A stretch of DNA of 64,000 bases from Archaeoglobaceae archaeon (GTDB lineage: Archaea; Halobacteriota; Archaeoglobi; Archaeoglobales; Archaeoglobaceae), in contig JAWAQR010000001.1 in the NCBI GenBank assembly GCA_038893835.1, positions 63,382 through 127,381 on the forward strand. Reading direction: 5' to 3'. Made by a program: the position numbers and the translations under genes. Under the pieces are notes generated by a model that saw only the letters and a list, made by a program, of their open reading frames with translations, was not told the DNA's origin and searched no databases. Positions 39,448-47,701 of the stretch are shown here, one piece after another (the stretch's first letter is position 1; each line of letters begins with the position of its first letter).

Positions 39448-40828
39448 ATCTCCATCTAACACCCCATTTCGTATCAAGCAAAATTAAACCCTTCTCTCTG
39501 AACTTTTCCCTTATCCTGTCCGACTTCTCGAAATCCCTTTCTTTCCTGAAAATTTCCCTCTCCTTCAACAATTCAATCTCTTCTTTATTAAGCGTTCTTA
39601 TCCTTTTCCAGTTTTCAAATATTCCAAGAATTGAAAAGAAAGTCATCAAGGTCTCAAATGCATTTTCTAGAGTCTTTAAATCTAAGCTATACAGTTCTCT
39701 GTTGATCGAATTAGCAAAGTTGTGAATTTCGGCAATTGCCTTACTCGTGTTAAAGTCGTTCTCTAAAGCTTTTATGAACTCCGATTTGAACTTCTCCAAT
39801 TCTATGCTCTTCCCCTTTCTGTCTCCAAAAGTTTTTAAAAACGCTATTTCCATATCCATGTTCAGCAACGTATTCTTTAAATAATTGTAAGCCCTTCTCG
39901 CTTTCTCCAATTCACTCTCACTGTACTCTAGAACTCTTCTATAATGGGAGGTTAATAAAAAGTAACGTAAGACTTCTCCACCATATCTGGAAACAACATC
40001 TCTAATCCTAACAATATTCCCAAGACTTTTACTCATTTTTTCCCCAGAAATTGTGAGAAAATTGTTGTGCATCCATATCTTCACGGGTTCGACTTCAAAA
40101 AGTGAGAACGTTTGAGCCCTCTCGTTCTCATGATGTGGAAAAATGAGATCCATTCCCCCACCATGTATATCAAAAGGGATTCCTAAAAACTTTGCTGAGA
40201 GAACGGAACATTCTATATGCCATCCAGGTCTTCCTGGACCCCATGGAGAATCAAAGTAGGCTTTTGCGATAAAATCTTCCTCTTTTGCGCTCTTCCAAAG
40301 AGCAAAATCCTTCACATCTTTTTTCCTCGGATCCGGTTCTATTCTATGTTTGTTCAAATCTTCCAAGCTCTGTTTTGAAAGTTCCCCATACTTTGGAAAA
40401 GAGGGGACGTGGAAGTAAATGTCCCCATTGATCCTATAAGCATAACCTTTTTCCAGAAGCTTTTCTATAAAGGAAATTATTTCTGGAATGTTTTCTGTAA
40501 CTCTCGGACTATATGTTGGTTTTTTTACATTCAAAGTTTTCAAATCAGCCTCATATTCTGCAATAAATCTCTCCGCTATCTCCTTTTGAGTTCTTCCCTC
40601 TCTAACAGCCCTCGCAACAATTTTATCATCTACATCAGTGTAGTTCTGGACGAAGATAACCTCATGCCCTCTAAACTCTAAATACCTTCTTAGTGTGTCA
40701 AAAATGACAGCATTCCTTGCATGACCAAGATGGGGAAAATCGTATGGAGTTATTCCACAAACGTAAATTCTTACTCTCTTTTCCAAAACTGGAACAAGGG
40801 ATGAAGTTCTAGTGTCAAATAAATGCAT
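39440..40828 (-). CDS. cysS: Cysteine--tRNA ligase (class I)
   Basis: YVCGIT, HLGH, DFALWK, GRPGWHIECS, FPHHENE, KMSKS. Confidence 0.97.
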   Translation of the reverse strand: MHLFDTRTSSLVPVLEKRVRIYVCGITPYDFPHLGHARNAVIFDTLRRYLEFRGHEVIFVQNYTDVDDKIVARAVREGRTQKEIAERFIAEYEADLKTLNVKKPTYSPRVTENIPEIISFIEKLLEKGYAYRINGDIYFHVPSFPKYGELSKQSLEDLNKHRIEPDPRKKDVKDFALWKSAKEEDFIAKAYFDSPWGPGRPGWHIECSVLSAKFLGIPFDIHGGGMDLIFPHHENERAQTFSLFEVEPVKIWMHNNFLTISGEKMSKSLGNIVRIRDVVSRYGGEVLRYFLLTSHYRRVLEYSESELEKARRAYNYLKNTLLNMDMEIAFLKTFGDRKGKSIELEKFKSEFIKALENDFNTSKAIAEIHNFANSINRELYSLDLKTLENAFETLMTFFSILGIFENWKRIRTLNKEEIELLKEREIFRKERDFEKSDRIREKFREKGLILLDTKWGVRWRYE

Positions 40829-40839
40829 AAAAACATAAA

Positions 40840-41364
40840 TTAGATCTTTCCCTTTAGAAGTTCCATCCCCTTTTCAATCTCGATTTTAGTGTCAACCGGT
40901 AATTTCATCGATGCTCTTCTGAAAGCCTCTTTTGCAAAGTCGAAATGCTCTGGTTTAATCCATATCGACATTATCTTCGTTCCTGGCTTAACTTGAGCTG
41001 CTCTACCAATTGGACGCCCATACGCTGCCCTCATCCCCTGTGAAACTCTGTCAGCCCCAGCTCCCACTGCCATTTTGTGCTCTCTAAGGATATGATGGGG
41101 GTAAATCCTGACTTTGAGTCTGTAGTTGTTCGAGCCAACCATTTTCATCAAATATTTATTTGCCATAACTCTTGCAGCTTCAAGAGCATTATCCCTTATC
41201 TGCACAGCATCTTTTGCAACCAGTGTGAGCATGACTGGAAAATCCGCTTTAAGATTGCCCATGTCGAACATCTTTATCCTCGTTCCAGGTGCTCCATCGA
41301 TGTATTCTACCCTAGTATAAGGTCTTTCAAGTCTTCTCCACATTCTTGCCGGCTTTCTTGCCAT
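40840..41364 (-). CDS. rpl10e: 50S ribosomal protein uL16 (L10e)
   Basis: MARKPARMWR, ALEAAR, GAGADR..GMRAAYGRP. Confidence 0.97.
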   Translation of the reverse strand: MARKPARMWRRLERPYTRVEYIDGAPGTRIKMFDMGNLKADFPVMLTLVAKDAVQIRDNALEAARVMANKYLMKMVGSNNYRLKVRIYPHHILREHKMAVGAGADRVSQGMRAAYGRPIGRAAQVKPGTKIMSIWIKPEHFDFAKEAFRRASMKLPVDTKIEIEKGMELLKGKI

Positions 41365-41430
41365 GAAGCAAAATTTGAGGAAGATAAATAAAACTTTCTA
41401 TGCAAAAGTTTTAAAAACGCATGAAATTAA

Positions 41431-42225
41431 ATGATTACAATGAGAGTTAAAACTGGAATTTTTGGACTTGACGAATTACTTGATGGTGGTTTTGTTAAAA
41501 ACACAGTTAATGCTGTCATTGGATCCGCAGGTTGTGGAAAAACGATTTTTTGCCTCAACTTCATATTAGAAGGTCTTGAAAATGGCGATAGATGCGCTTA
41601 TATTTCTTTCGATCTCGAAACTGAGGATTTCATTAGAATTACGAGATCGATGAGATGGGATCTAAAGGATTATTTGGATAGTGAAAAGCTTAGGGTTGAA
41701 CATTTTTATGCAGAAGAGAGTAGCATAATCAATGAAAAGCTCTTCAACATAGTTGAAAAATTTGATCGAGTCGTAATCGACTCTTTTTCCCCGCTTGTCG
41801 TGTCCATGGACTCAAAAGCCAGGAGCGAGATAAACTGGTTCTTCAAGAACATGCGTAAGAGCTCCACATCGCTTATAACTATCGAAGAACCGCTTATGGG
41901 TTTCGATGCTGAATCAAACCTCTTACTCTACCTTGCGGACAGCGTCGTGTCTTTGAAAACAACTGGATATGGTGAACCCTTTGGAAGGACGCTTAGAGTT
42001 ATAAAACACCGTATGTCCTCGCATGCAGAAGGTATTTTCCCCTATTCTATCGTTGAGGGTGTTGGCATTGTTGTAGAGATAAAAAGGTGTGAAGGCTTTG
42101 AAGTCGAAAACCTTGGACTTTCACAGAAGGCAATGGAAAAAGTTCGCAGACTTTGCAAAGAGGGCTATCTTACGAAAGAAGACGTGGAGAAAATAAAAAG
42201 GAGAATAAAATGCTCGAGTTTCTGA
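41431..42225 (+). CDS. Single-domain KaiC-like (RecA-superfamily) ATPase
   Basis: RVKTGIFGLDELLDGG, GSAGCGKT, RVVIDS, YLAD, RTLRVIKHR. Confidence 0.88.
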   Translation: MITMRVKTGIFGLDELLDGGFVKNTVNAVIGSAGCGKTIFCLNFILEGLENGDRCAYISFDLETEDFIRITRSMRWDLKDYLDSEKLRVEHFYAEESSIINEKLFNIVEKFDRVVIDSFSPLVVSMDSKARSEINWFFKNMRKSSTSLITIEEPLMGFDAESNLLLYLADSVVSLKTTGYGEPFGRTLRVIKHRMSSHAEGIFPYSIVEGVGIVVEIKRCEGFEVENLGLSQKAMEKVRRLCKEGYLTKEDVEKIKRRIKCSSF

Positions 42226-42548
42226 AAGATAGTGTTGAAAAATTTCTAGCTGATCCGAGTGTTGTTATTTCTGCAGTGTATAGAATAGATGGTGTACCTA
42301 TAGTTGTGAGGATAAAGGAGAGAAAATACCTTCAATTACTGCAATTTTTTGAAGAACAAACGAGGGCTATTTTCCAACTCATCTTAGACGAAAGCTTGAA
42401 GAGCGCCGAACTCAAAACAAGGGATTACACAATACTTCTATCCCCTCTATCGAGAACGCTTGTGCTTGTACTCGTTTCGACGAGCGAGGCATCGATTTAT
42501 AAGCTAAAGATAGAGTCCGAATCCTTACGGAGCTCTTTAAATGTTTGA
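42210..42548 (+). CDS. Roadblock/LC7-like small protein (start re-placed at MLEFL)
   Basis: ADPSVVISAVYRIDGVPIV..ELKTRDYTILLSPLSRTLVLVLV pattern; GGAG SD; overlaps both neighbours. Confidence 0.6.
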   Translation: MLEFLKDSVEKFLADPSVVISAVYRIDGVPIVVRIKERKYLQLLQFFEEQTRAIFQLILDESLKSAELKTRDYTILLSPLSRTLVLVLVSTSEASIYKLKIESESLRSSLNV

Positions 42549-43746
42549 AATCCATTATACCTCAAAGACAAAAGCCGAAAGTGCGGTTGATGAAATAAAG
42601 AAATCACTAAGCATAGAACCGAATCTGGCGATATTCTTCCTTGCCGGAAATCTGAGTAAAAGTCATGAAAAGGTTAGATTGAATTGCAATTCTATTTGTG
42701 TTCCAGTTGAGGGAATAATAACTCCAAAGGGTATCTGGAGCACTGGAGTCCTTGCTTTAGCAATCGATTCTGAAGCTTGGGTTCAAAGCTTCGAGGGAGA
42801 TGCAAGCAAAGTTTATCAAAAGCTGAGAGAAGCGAAGAAGGGAGAATTTAATCTGCTGATATATCCACTTCTTTTCTTTAAAAATCGTATTCAGCTAATA
42901 AGGATTTTATTAAAGTTAAAAAGAACTTCTGAAATTGAAAAAGCATCGAAGATAGGTGAAGAAATTATATATCCGATGAACGCTATGCTGAGAGCATTCA
43001 GAGATGAGGAAAAAACTGCGGTTGCGATGAATCTGTTTCCATTGGAGTTTGGCGTTGGAATCCCAAAAATTTCTCTGAACGGTAAAGTTCTGGGAAGAAA
43101 AGTTCTATGTGTTTCTTTTAAGGAAAAAATCGACTGCGAGTTCACAGACGCTTTTCCAGAGAGAGGAAAGAGCTTTGAAGAAACTGCAGAAATTCTTGCC
43201 AATGAGCTTACCAACGCTAAGAAAGTTTCCATTGTGAAAAAGGGTATAGCGATAAAGGAGATCGATGGAATGAGCGTTAGAGAATTTTTAAGGAAGCAAG
43301 GTCTCATAATGAGGGAAAATGTTGAAAAAGACTTGAGCACAGAAAAGTTCTTCGGCGCTACACCTTATGTGCTTTGCCTGATAAGCAAAGAGACTTATGG
43401 CTCTTCTGCGCTGGGATTGATGGACTACGATCTGAAGTTCTATCCATCTTTTTTCGACACCGACGTTTTTTACGATAAGGCGTTGTTTGCTGGAGAATTC
43501 ATAAGAGGGGGCATGAAGAGAGTGATCGAAGAAGTTCGCGAAGCTGATTTTGCTATAATCGACCAGAACTTCATGCTGATGTTTGAAGAACGAATCGTGG
43601 AAATCTCAAAAATTCTCAAAGGCTATGGTATCATTTCTTCCTACCCCTCATACACGGGAAAATTAAGCAAGAATTTCATGAGCGAAATCGAGAGAAATGT
43701 TTGCACAAACACAACAGAAACCATGGTATTCCTAAAATTTAAGTGA
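42541..43746 (+). CDS. FIST-like sensory domain protein
   Basis: AVDEIKKSL..PNLAIFF, ICVPVEGII..GVLALAI, IKEIDGMSVREFL resemble FIST_N/FIST_C; no TM helix or output domain. Confidence 0.55.
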   Translation: MFEIHYTSKTKAESAVDEIKKSLSIEPNLAIFFLAGNLSKSHEKVRLNCNSICVPVEGIITPKGIWSTGVLALAIDSEAWVQSFEGDASKVYQKLREAKKGEFNLLIYPLLFFKNRIQLIRILLKLKRTSEIEKASKIGEEIIYPMNAMLRAFRDEEKTAVAMNLFPLEFGVGIPKISLNGKVLGRKVLCVSFKEKIDCEFTDAFPERGKSFEETAEILANELTNAKKVSIVKKGIAIKEIDGMSVREFLRKQGLIMRENVEKDLSTEKFFGATPYVLCLISKETYGSSALGLMDYDLKFYPSFFDTDVFYDKALFAGEFIRGGMKRVIEEVREADFAIIDQNFMLMFEERIVEISKILKGYGIISSYPSYTGKLSKNFMSEIERNVCTNTTETMVFLKFK

Positions 43747-44604
43747 GAGTATCGAGAGCAGAGCAAAGGTAATTGGATAACTCAACGCATATATCCTTAT
43801 CGCGTTGAAAGTTTCAACACTTAATTCCCAGTTGCGCTTTTTTATTGAAAAAATAGAATATAAAACTGGAATCAATATAAAAGCCGTGAATGCTGACCGA
43901 CTTGGGAGAAGAGATAAGAAAGATAAAATTGGAATGAGTAAAATCACCGAAACCAATACTGAAGCAGAAATCTTGAAGAGAGTTCTTGGAGAAAGGACTA
44001 TCGCAAGTGTTTTGTAACCAGCGATTGCGTCCGAGGTTATGTCCTTAAGATCTTTCAGCAGAACACCTGATATGTAGAGGGAAGCAGAGATCAAGGAAAA
44101 GACCAAGGCAGTTGTTGAAAATGGAGCAAAAAAAGTCCAAAGTAACGCTGGAAAACTTGGCGTCACAATTAAATATGTCAAAAGCTCAGTTCTGTAGTCT
44201 TCTTTTAACCTTTTAAACTTTTTGCCAAAGAACTGCTTGTCCGAATAAATCCACGTCAATAGAGCGCAAATAAGGAAAAGCGGGATTGAAATAGAGTCTT
44301 TGGAGAAGATCAGAATTGAAGCAGAAAGAAAATAAAATAGAATCGAAAAAATCGTCGCTTCTTTTCTTCTATTGATCAAAAAAATTGCATGTTCTCTTCC
44401 ATCTCTCGCATCGTCTTCCGCATCGTTTAAATGATTCCAGAGATTTGCAGCGGTAAAGAAAAAGAAACAAAAGATATAAGATAACAGAAATTCAAGAATT
44501 CCAGAGTTTGAAAGAGAAAAGGCTAAAAAAGAGGCTAAAGGCAAAGGATACGCCACGTTCACGGGTTTTGCTCCAAATTTTAAAAATAATTTATATCTTT
44601 TCAG
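43732..44604 (-). CDS. UbiA-family membrane prenyltransferase (start uncertain: CTG 44604, GTG 44562 or GTG 44673)
   Basis: NHLNDAEDD and DLKDITSD..GYKT Asp-rich motifs, WIYS, multiple TM helices. Confidence 0.85.
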   Translation of the reverse strand: MKRYKLFLKFGAKPVNVAYPLPLASFLAFSLSNSGILEFLLSYIFCFFFFTAANLWNHLNDAEDDARDGREHAIFLINRRKEATIFSILFYFLSASILIFSKDSISIPLFLICALLTWIYSDKQFFGKKFKRLKEDYRTELLTYLIVTPSFPALLWTFFAPFSTTALVFSLISASLYISGVLLKDLKDITSDAIAGYKTLAIVLSPRTLFKISASVLVSVILLIPILSFLSLLPSRSAFTAFILIPVLYSIFSIKKRNWELSVETFNAIRIYALSYPITFALLSILSLKF

Positions 44605-44660
44605 CCTGCAAATATCTTTACCTTCTTGAAGACCTCCTCCGCCTTCTTCTTTTCTTCCAT
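44601..44660 (-). CDS. 19-aa small ORF MEEKKKAEEVFKKVKIFAG
   Basis: ATG at 44660, TGA at 44603-44601, GGTGA SD 6 nt upstream, BRE/TATA about 35 nt upstream; GAA/GAG/AAG-rich codons typical of this genome. Confidence 0.6.
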   Translation of the reverse strand: MEEKKKAEEVFKKVKIFAG

Positions 44661-44694
44661 ACCTGTTCACCACTAATTACTATGAACTATCTAG

Positions 44695-44710
44695 TATTTA
44701 AATTTTTTCT
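44695..44710 (-). promoter_or_regulatory. BRE/TATA promoter of the small ORF-ubiA unit
   Basis: Minus strand AGAAAAAA-TTTAAATA. Confidence 0.65.
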
Positions 44711-44797
44711 TTATTATAATAATAATTATTACAATTACTATCAGGCAGAAAAAATCGGGAGAGGTCAAAGTTTAAATATTGCGGAAATACTTTTGAT

Positions 44798-45358
44798 GTG
44801 ATAAAAGAGATGATAAAAGAGATACTAGACCAGAAGGCCGATAGAAATGTTAAGGCTGCAGTTTTGGTCCCAATCTTAAAATGTACGGATTCAAAAATCG
44901 TTATGATAAAAAGAGGTAAGAATCTCACGCGAAGCGCTGGGCATGTGGCATTTCCAGGAGGGATGATCGAGGGAGGAGAGGATGTTGTTGAAACGGCTTT
45001 GAGAGAGTTTGAGGAAGAGTTGGGTGTTAAAAAGGATAAAATAGAGGTTTTAGGGTTTCTGAAATCTAGAGAAGTTCTTGAATATAGGATAAAAATATGT
45101 CCAGTTGTTGGATTCACTCAGGAGAATTACTTCTTCCCAGATTCAAAGGAAGTGAGCAAAGTTCTAATAGATAAACTTGAGAAAGTTCTTCTTTCGAGAA
45201 GAGTTGCGGATTGGGGTGCAAATTTTGAATGCGCTGGTGAACTCGTCTGGGGGGCTTCTAGTAGAGTTCTGGATGACCTATACCTTCGCATCGTCCGAAG
45301 ATATGGTTCGGTTAAAAGCTTTTTCGAAAGGTCGAGGGATTATGCTGGAAGGTGTTAG
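44798..45358 (+). CDS. Nudix hydrolase, CoA pyrophosphatase-like
   Basis: AAVLVP, GHVAFPGG..ETALREFEEELG, VWGAS. Confidence 0.88.
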   Translation: MIKEMIKEILDQKADRNVKAAVLVPILKCTDSKIVMIKRGKNLTRSAGHVAFPGGMIEGGEDVVETALREFEEELGVKKDKIEVLGFLKSREVLEYRIKICPVVGFTQENYFFPDSKEVSKVLIDKLEKVLLSRRVADWGANFECAGELVWGASSRVLDDLYLRIVRRYGSVKSFFERSRDYAGRC

Positions 45359-46541
45359 GAGTAGGATTGACTTTTCTGAGTTTATTGAAAAAGTCAGACC
45401 GATAGTTGAAGATGTCAGAAAAAATGGAGACAAGGCAGTGATAAAGTATGAGGAAATTTTTGATGGTGTAAAGCTCAAAAAGCTGAGAATTAAAAGGAGG
45501 GAAATTGAAGAAGCATACGATGAGGTCGATGATGAACTTATAGATGCGCTGGAAGTTGCGAAGGAAAACATAGAAAGATTTCACATGCTAACGAGTGTGG
45601 AGAAAGAGGTGAAGATAAAATTTGAGGATTGCATGATGGGTAAGATTTACGTGGCATTTGAAAGAGTTGGTGCTTACATTCCAGGTGGGAGAGCGAGTTA
45701 TCCATCTACTGCACTGATGATAGGAGTTCCTGCGAAGATAGCGGGAGTTGAAAAATTGATAGCCTGCACACCTCCAAATTTGAATGGCAAGGTTAATCCC
45801 ATAACTCTTGTTGCATGCGACATAGCTGGATTTGACGAAGTTTACAGCATTGGAGGGGCACAGGCAATTGCTGCAATGGCCTATGGAACAGAGTCTGTTC
45901 CAAAAGTTGAGAAAATAGTCGGTCCAGGAAATGCTTATGTCACAGCTGCGAAGATAATAGTTTCAAACGATGTGGCCATAGACATGCCTGCAGGACCATC
46001 GGAAATCTTAATAATAGCTGATGAAACCGCAAATCCAAATTTCATAGCATATGATTGTCTTGCCCAGCTAGAGCATGATCCGATGGCGGTAGCTGTAGTT
46101 CTCACAACTTCAGAGAAAATTGCAGAAGAAGTTAAGAGAATTGCGGAAAAGGCGGTTGTTCAAATTGTAAATAGCGTGGAGGAAGCTATAAAAATTGCAA
46201 ATGATTTTGCACCAGAGCATTTAGCGATTTTCTGCAAAAATTCTGAAAAATATCTATCCAAGATCAGAAATGCTGGCAGTGTTTTCCTCGGAGAATTTTC
46301 AGCAGTTGCGATGGGAGATTATGTAAGTGGCGCAAACCACGTCCTTCCAACTCTCGGTTATGCCAGAATTTTGAGTGGATTGAGCGTTGAAAGTTTTATG
46401 AAATCTTTCACTTTTCAACAGCTAACCCTTGATACTCTCAAAAGACTGGGAAAGATTGCAATTAAGCTCGCAGAGGCAGAGGGATTTAAATATCATGCAG
46501 AAAGTATAAAAGTAAGATTAAACTATTCGAAAAATTCCTGA
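45342..46541 (+). CDS. hisD: Histidinol dehydrogenase (start re-placed at MLEGV)
   Basis: GAYIPGGRASYPST, GGAQAIAA, GPGNAYV, DMPAGPSE, AQLEHD, APEHL, GANHVLPT. Confidence 0.96.
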   Translation: MLEGVRSRIDFSEFIEKVRPIVEDVRKNGDKAVIKYEEIFDGVKLKKLRIKRREIEEAYDEVDDELIDALEVAKENIERFHMLTSVEKEVKIKFEDCMMGKIYVAFERVGAYIPGGRASYPSTALMIGVPAKIAGVEKLIACTPPNLNGKVNPITLVACDIAGFDEVYSIGGAQAIAAMAYGTESVPKVEKIVGPGNAYVTAAKIIVSNDVAIDMPAGPSEILIIADETANPNFIAYDCLAQLEHDPMAVAVVLTTSEKIAEEVKRIAEKAVVQIVNSVEEAIKIANDFAPEHLAIFCKNSEKYLSKIRNAGSVFLGEFSAVAMGDYVSGANHVLPTLGYARILSGLSVESFMKSFTFQQLTLDTLKRLGKIAIKLAEAEGFKYHAESIKVRLNYSKNS

Positions 46542-47677
46542 GCCATCTTTTCAATTTTTCTTTCCTCCTCCATCTCCTTTTCCTTCTGAACTTCTCTCTC
46601 GAGTTTTTCAAGTGCAACGTGAAGCGCAAATTCCAGCCCCCAGCTCTCTCCTGTTGCCAAGAAAATTCCCTTATCGCTCCATATTTTGACCTTGGCTGTT
46701 ATAAGAGGAAGATTTCTGTAATAAGTCCTGTGCTTTTTGAAGTAAATGTAAACGCTCGTGTTTCCCAGGTAACTGCTGTATTTTTTCAAAAACTTTTCTA
46801 TATCCATCAAAACGTTCTCCCTATCAAATTCATCCAGTTCTATGTTCTGCGTAACGAATTGAACTGCCAATTCCTTTCTTTCCTGAAGTCTTAGGAAGTA
46901 TTCCAAGATGTCCCTCTTCATCACTATTCCTTCTGGAATCCCATCTTTCTCCACAACAACACTGGAGATTCTGTTTTCGGCCATCAGGTCTATAACTTCC
47001 GCTACACTATCTATGGCTTTGACGCAAAATGGAGGAGAACTCATTATACTCTCCACCATTATTGATAGTGTCCTCTCCTTCTCTCCAATAGTTTCTCCCA
47101 TTCTAGCCCTTTTTCTCGGCGAAATAACCCTGTCTATCACATCCTTTCCAGTCAGCACTCCTACAACTTTTCCCTGTTCATCAACCACTATTACTCTATC
47201 CATTCCAGTTTTCTTCATCAAAGAAAGAGCTTTAGCAATTGTATCGAATCTTCTCACTGTTATAAAGTCCTCATTCATAACTTCTTTAACCTTGATCTTT
47301 TCAAAATTTGGCTTAATAAATTTTATGAAGTCATTAATATAAATTACTCCATTCTTTCCATTTAGTTTCACCAAGACAAAAGGAGTCATGTCTTCCAAGA
47401 ACCTCCTAGCAACCTTTTCAGCACTGAGCTCATCCAATGCAATCGCTCCAGTTCGAACTAGTAAGCTTTTTATCTTTGTTTCATGCGGATTTTTTAGAGC
47501 TCTTCCTCTTATCAAATCCTTTTCTCTTACAACTCCCACAATTTTACCATCCTCCTCCACCAGTATTGCCTGCGCTCTGTCTTTCCCCAATTTCTCTATG
47601 AGGGGGAACAACTTTGATATAGTTTCTTCTGCGTTGATCACGAAGTAATCCTCCCTTATCAACTCCTCAAGTTCCAC
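46523..47677 (-). CDS. Tandem-CBS protein with C-terminal HPF/RaiA-like domain (Hib-type ribosome hibernation factor)
   Basis: Four CBS repeats, then VQFVTQNIELDEFDRENVLMDIEKFLKK..AKVKIWSDKGIFLATGESWGLEFALHVALEKLEREV. Confidence 0.75.
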   Translation of the reverse strand: MELEELIREDYFVINAEETISKLFPLIEKLGKDRAQAILVEEDGKIVGVVREKDLIRGRALKNPHETKIKSLLVRTGAIALDELSAEKVARRFLEDMTPFVLVKLNGKNGVIYINDFIKFIKPNFEKIKVKEVMNEDFITVRRFDTIAKALSLMKKTGMDRVIVVDEQGKVVGVLTGKDVIDRVISPRKRARMGETIGEKERTLSIMVESIMSSPPFCVKAIDSVAEVIDLMAENRISSVVVEKDGIPEGIVMKRDILEYFLRLQERKELAVQFVTQNIELDEFDRENVLMDIEKFLKKYSSYLGNTSVYIYFKKHRTYYRNLPLITAKVKIWSDKGIFLATGESWGLEFALHVALEKLEREVQKEKEMEEERKIEKMAQEFFE

Positions 47678-47701
47678 ATGACCACCTCAGAACCTCTCTC
47701 A

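Noticed and set aside
44605-44673. UbiA N-terminus MVNRYGRKEEGGGG from GTG 44673
   Set aside because: Atypical composition; the GGTGA there is better explained as the SD of the 19-aa ORF. Not fully excluded as a leaderless start
45177-45341. N-terminal extension of HisD (likewise PHP 31645, pfdB 59820, atpH 61009, roadblock 42153)
   Set aside because: Longest-ORF artefacts; downstream ATGs fit family N-termini and mostly avoid overlaps with neighbours
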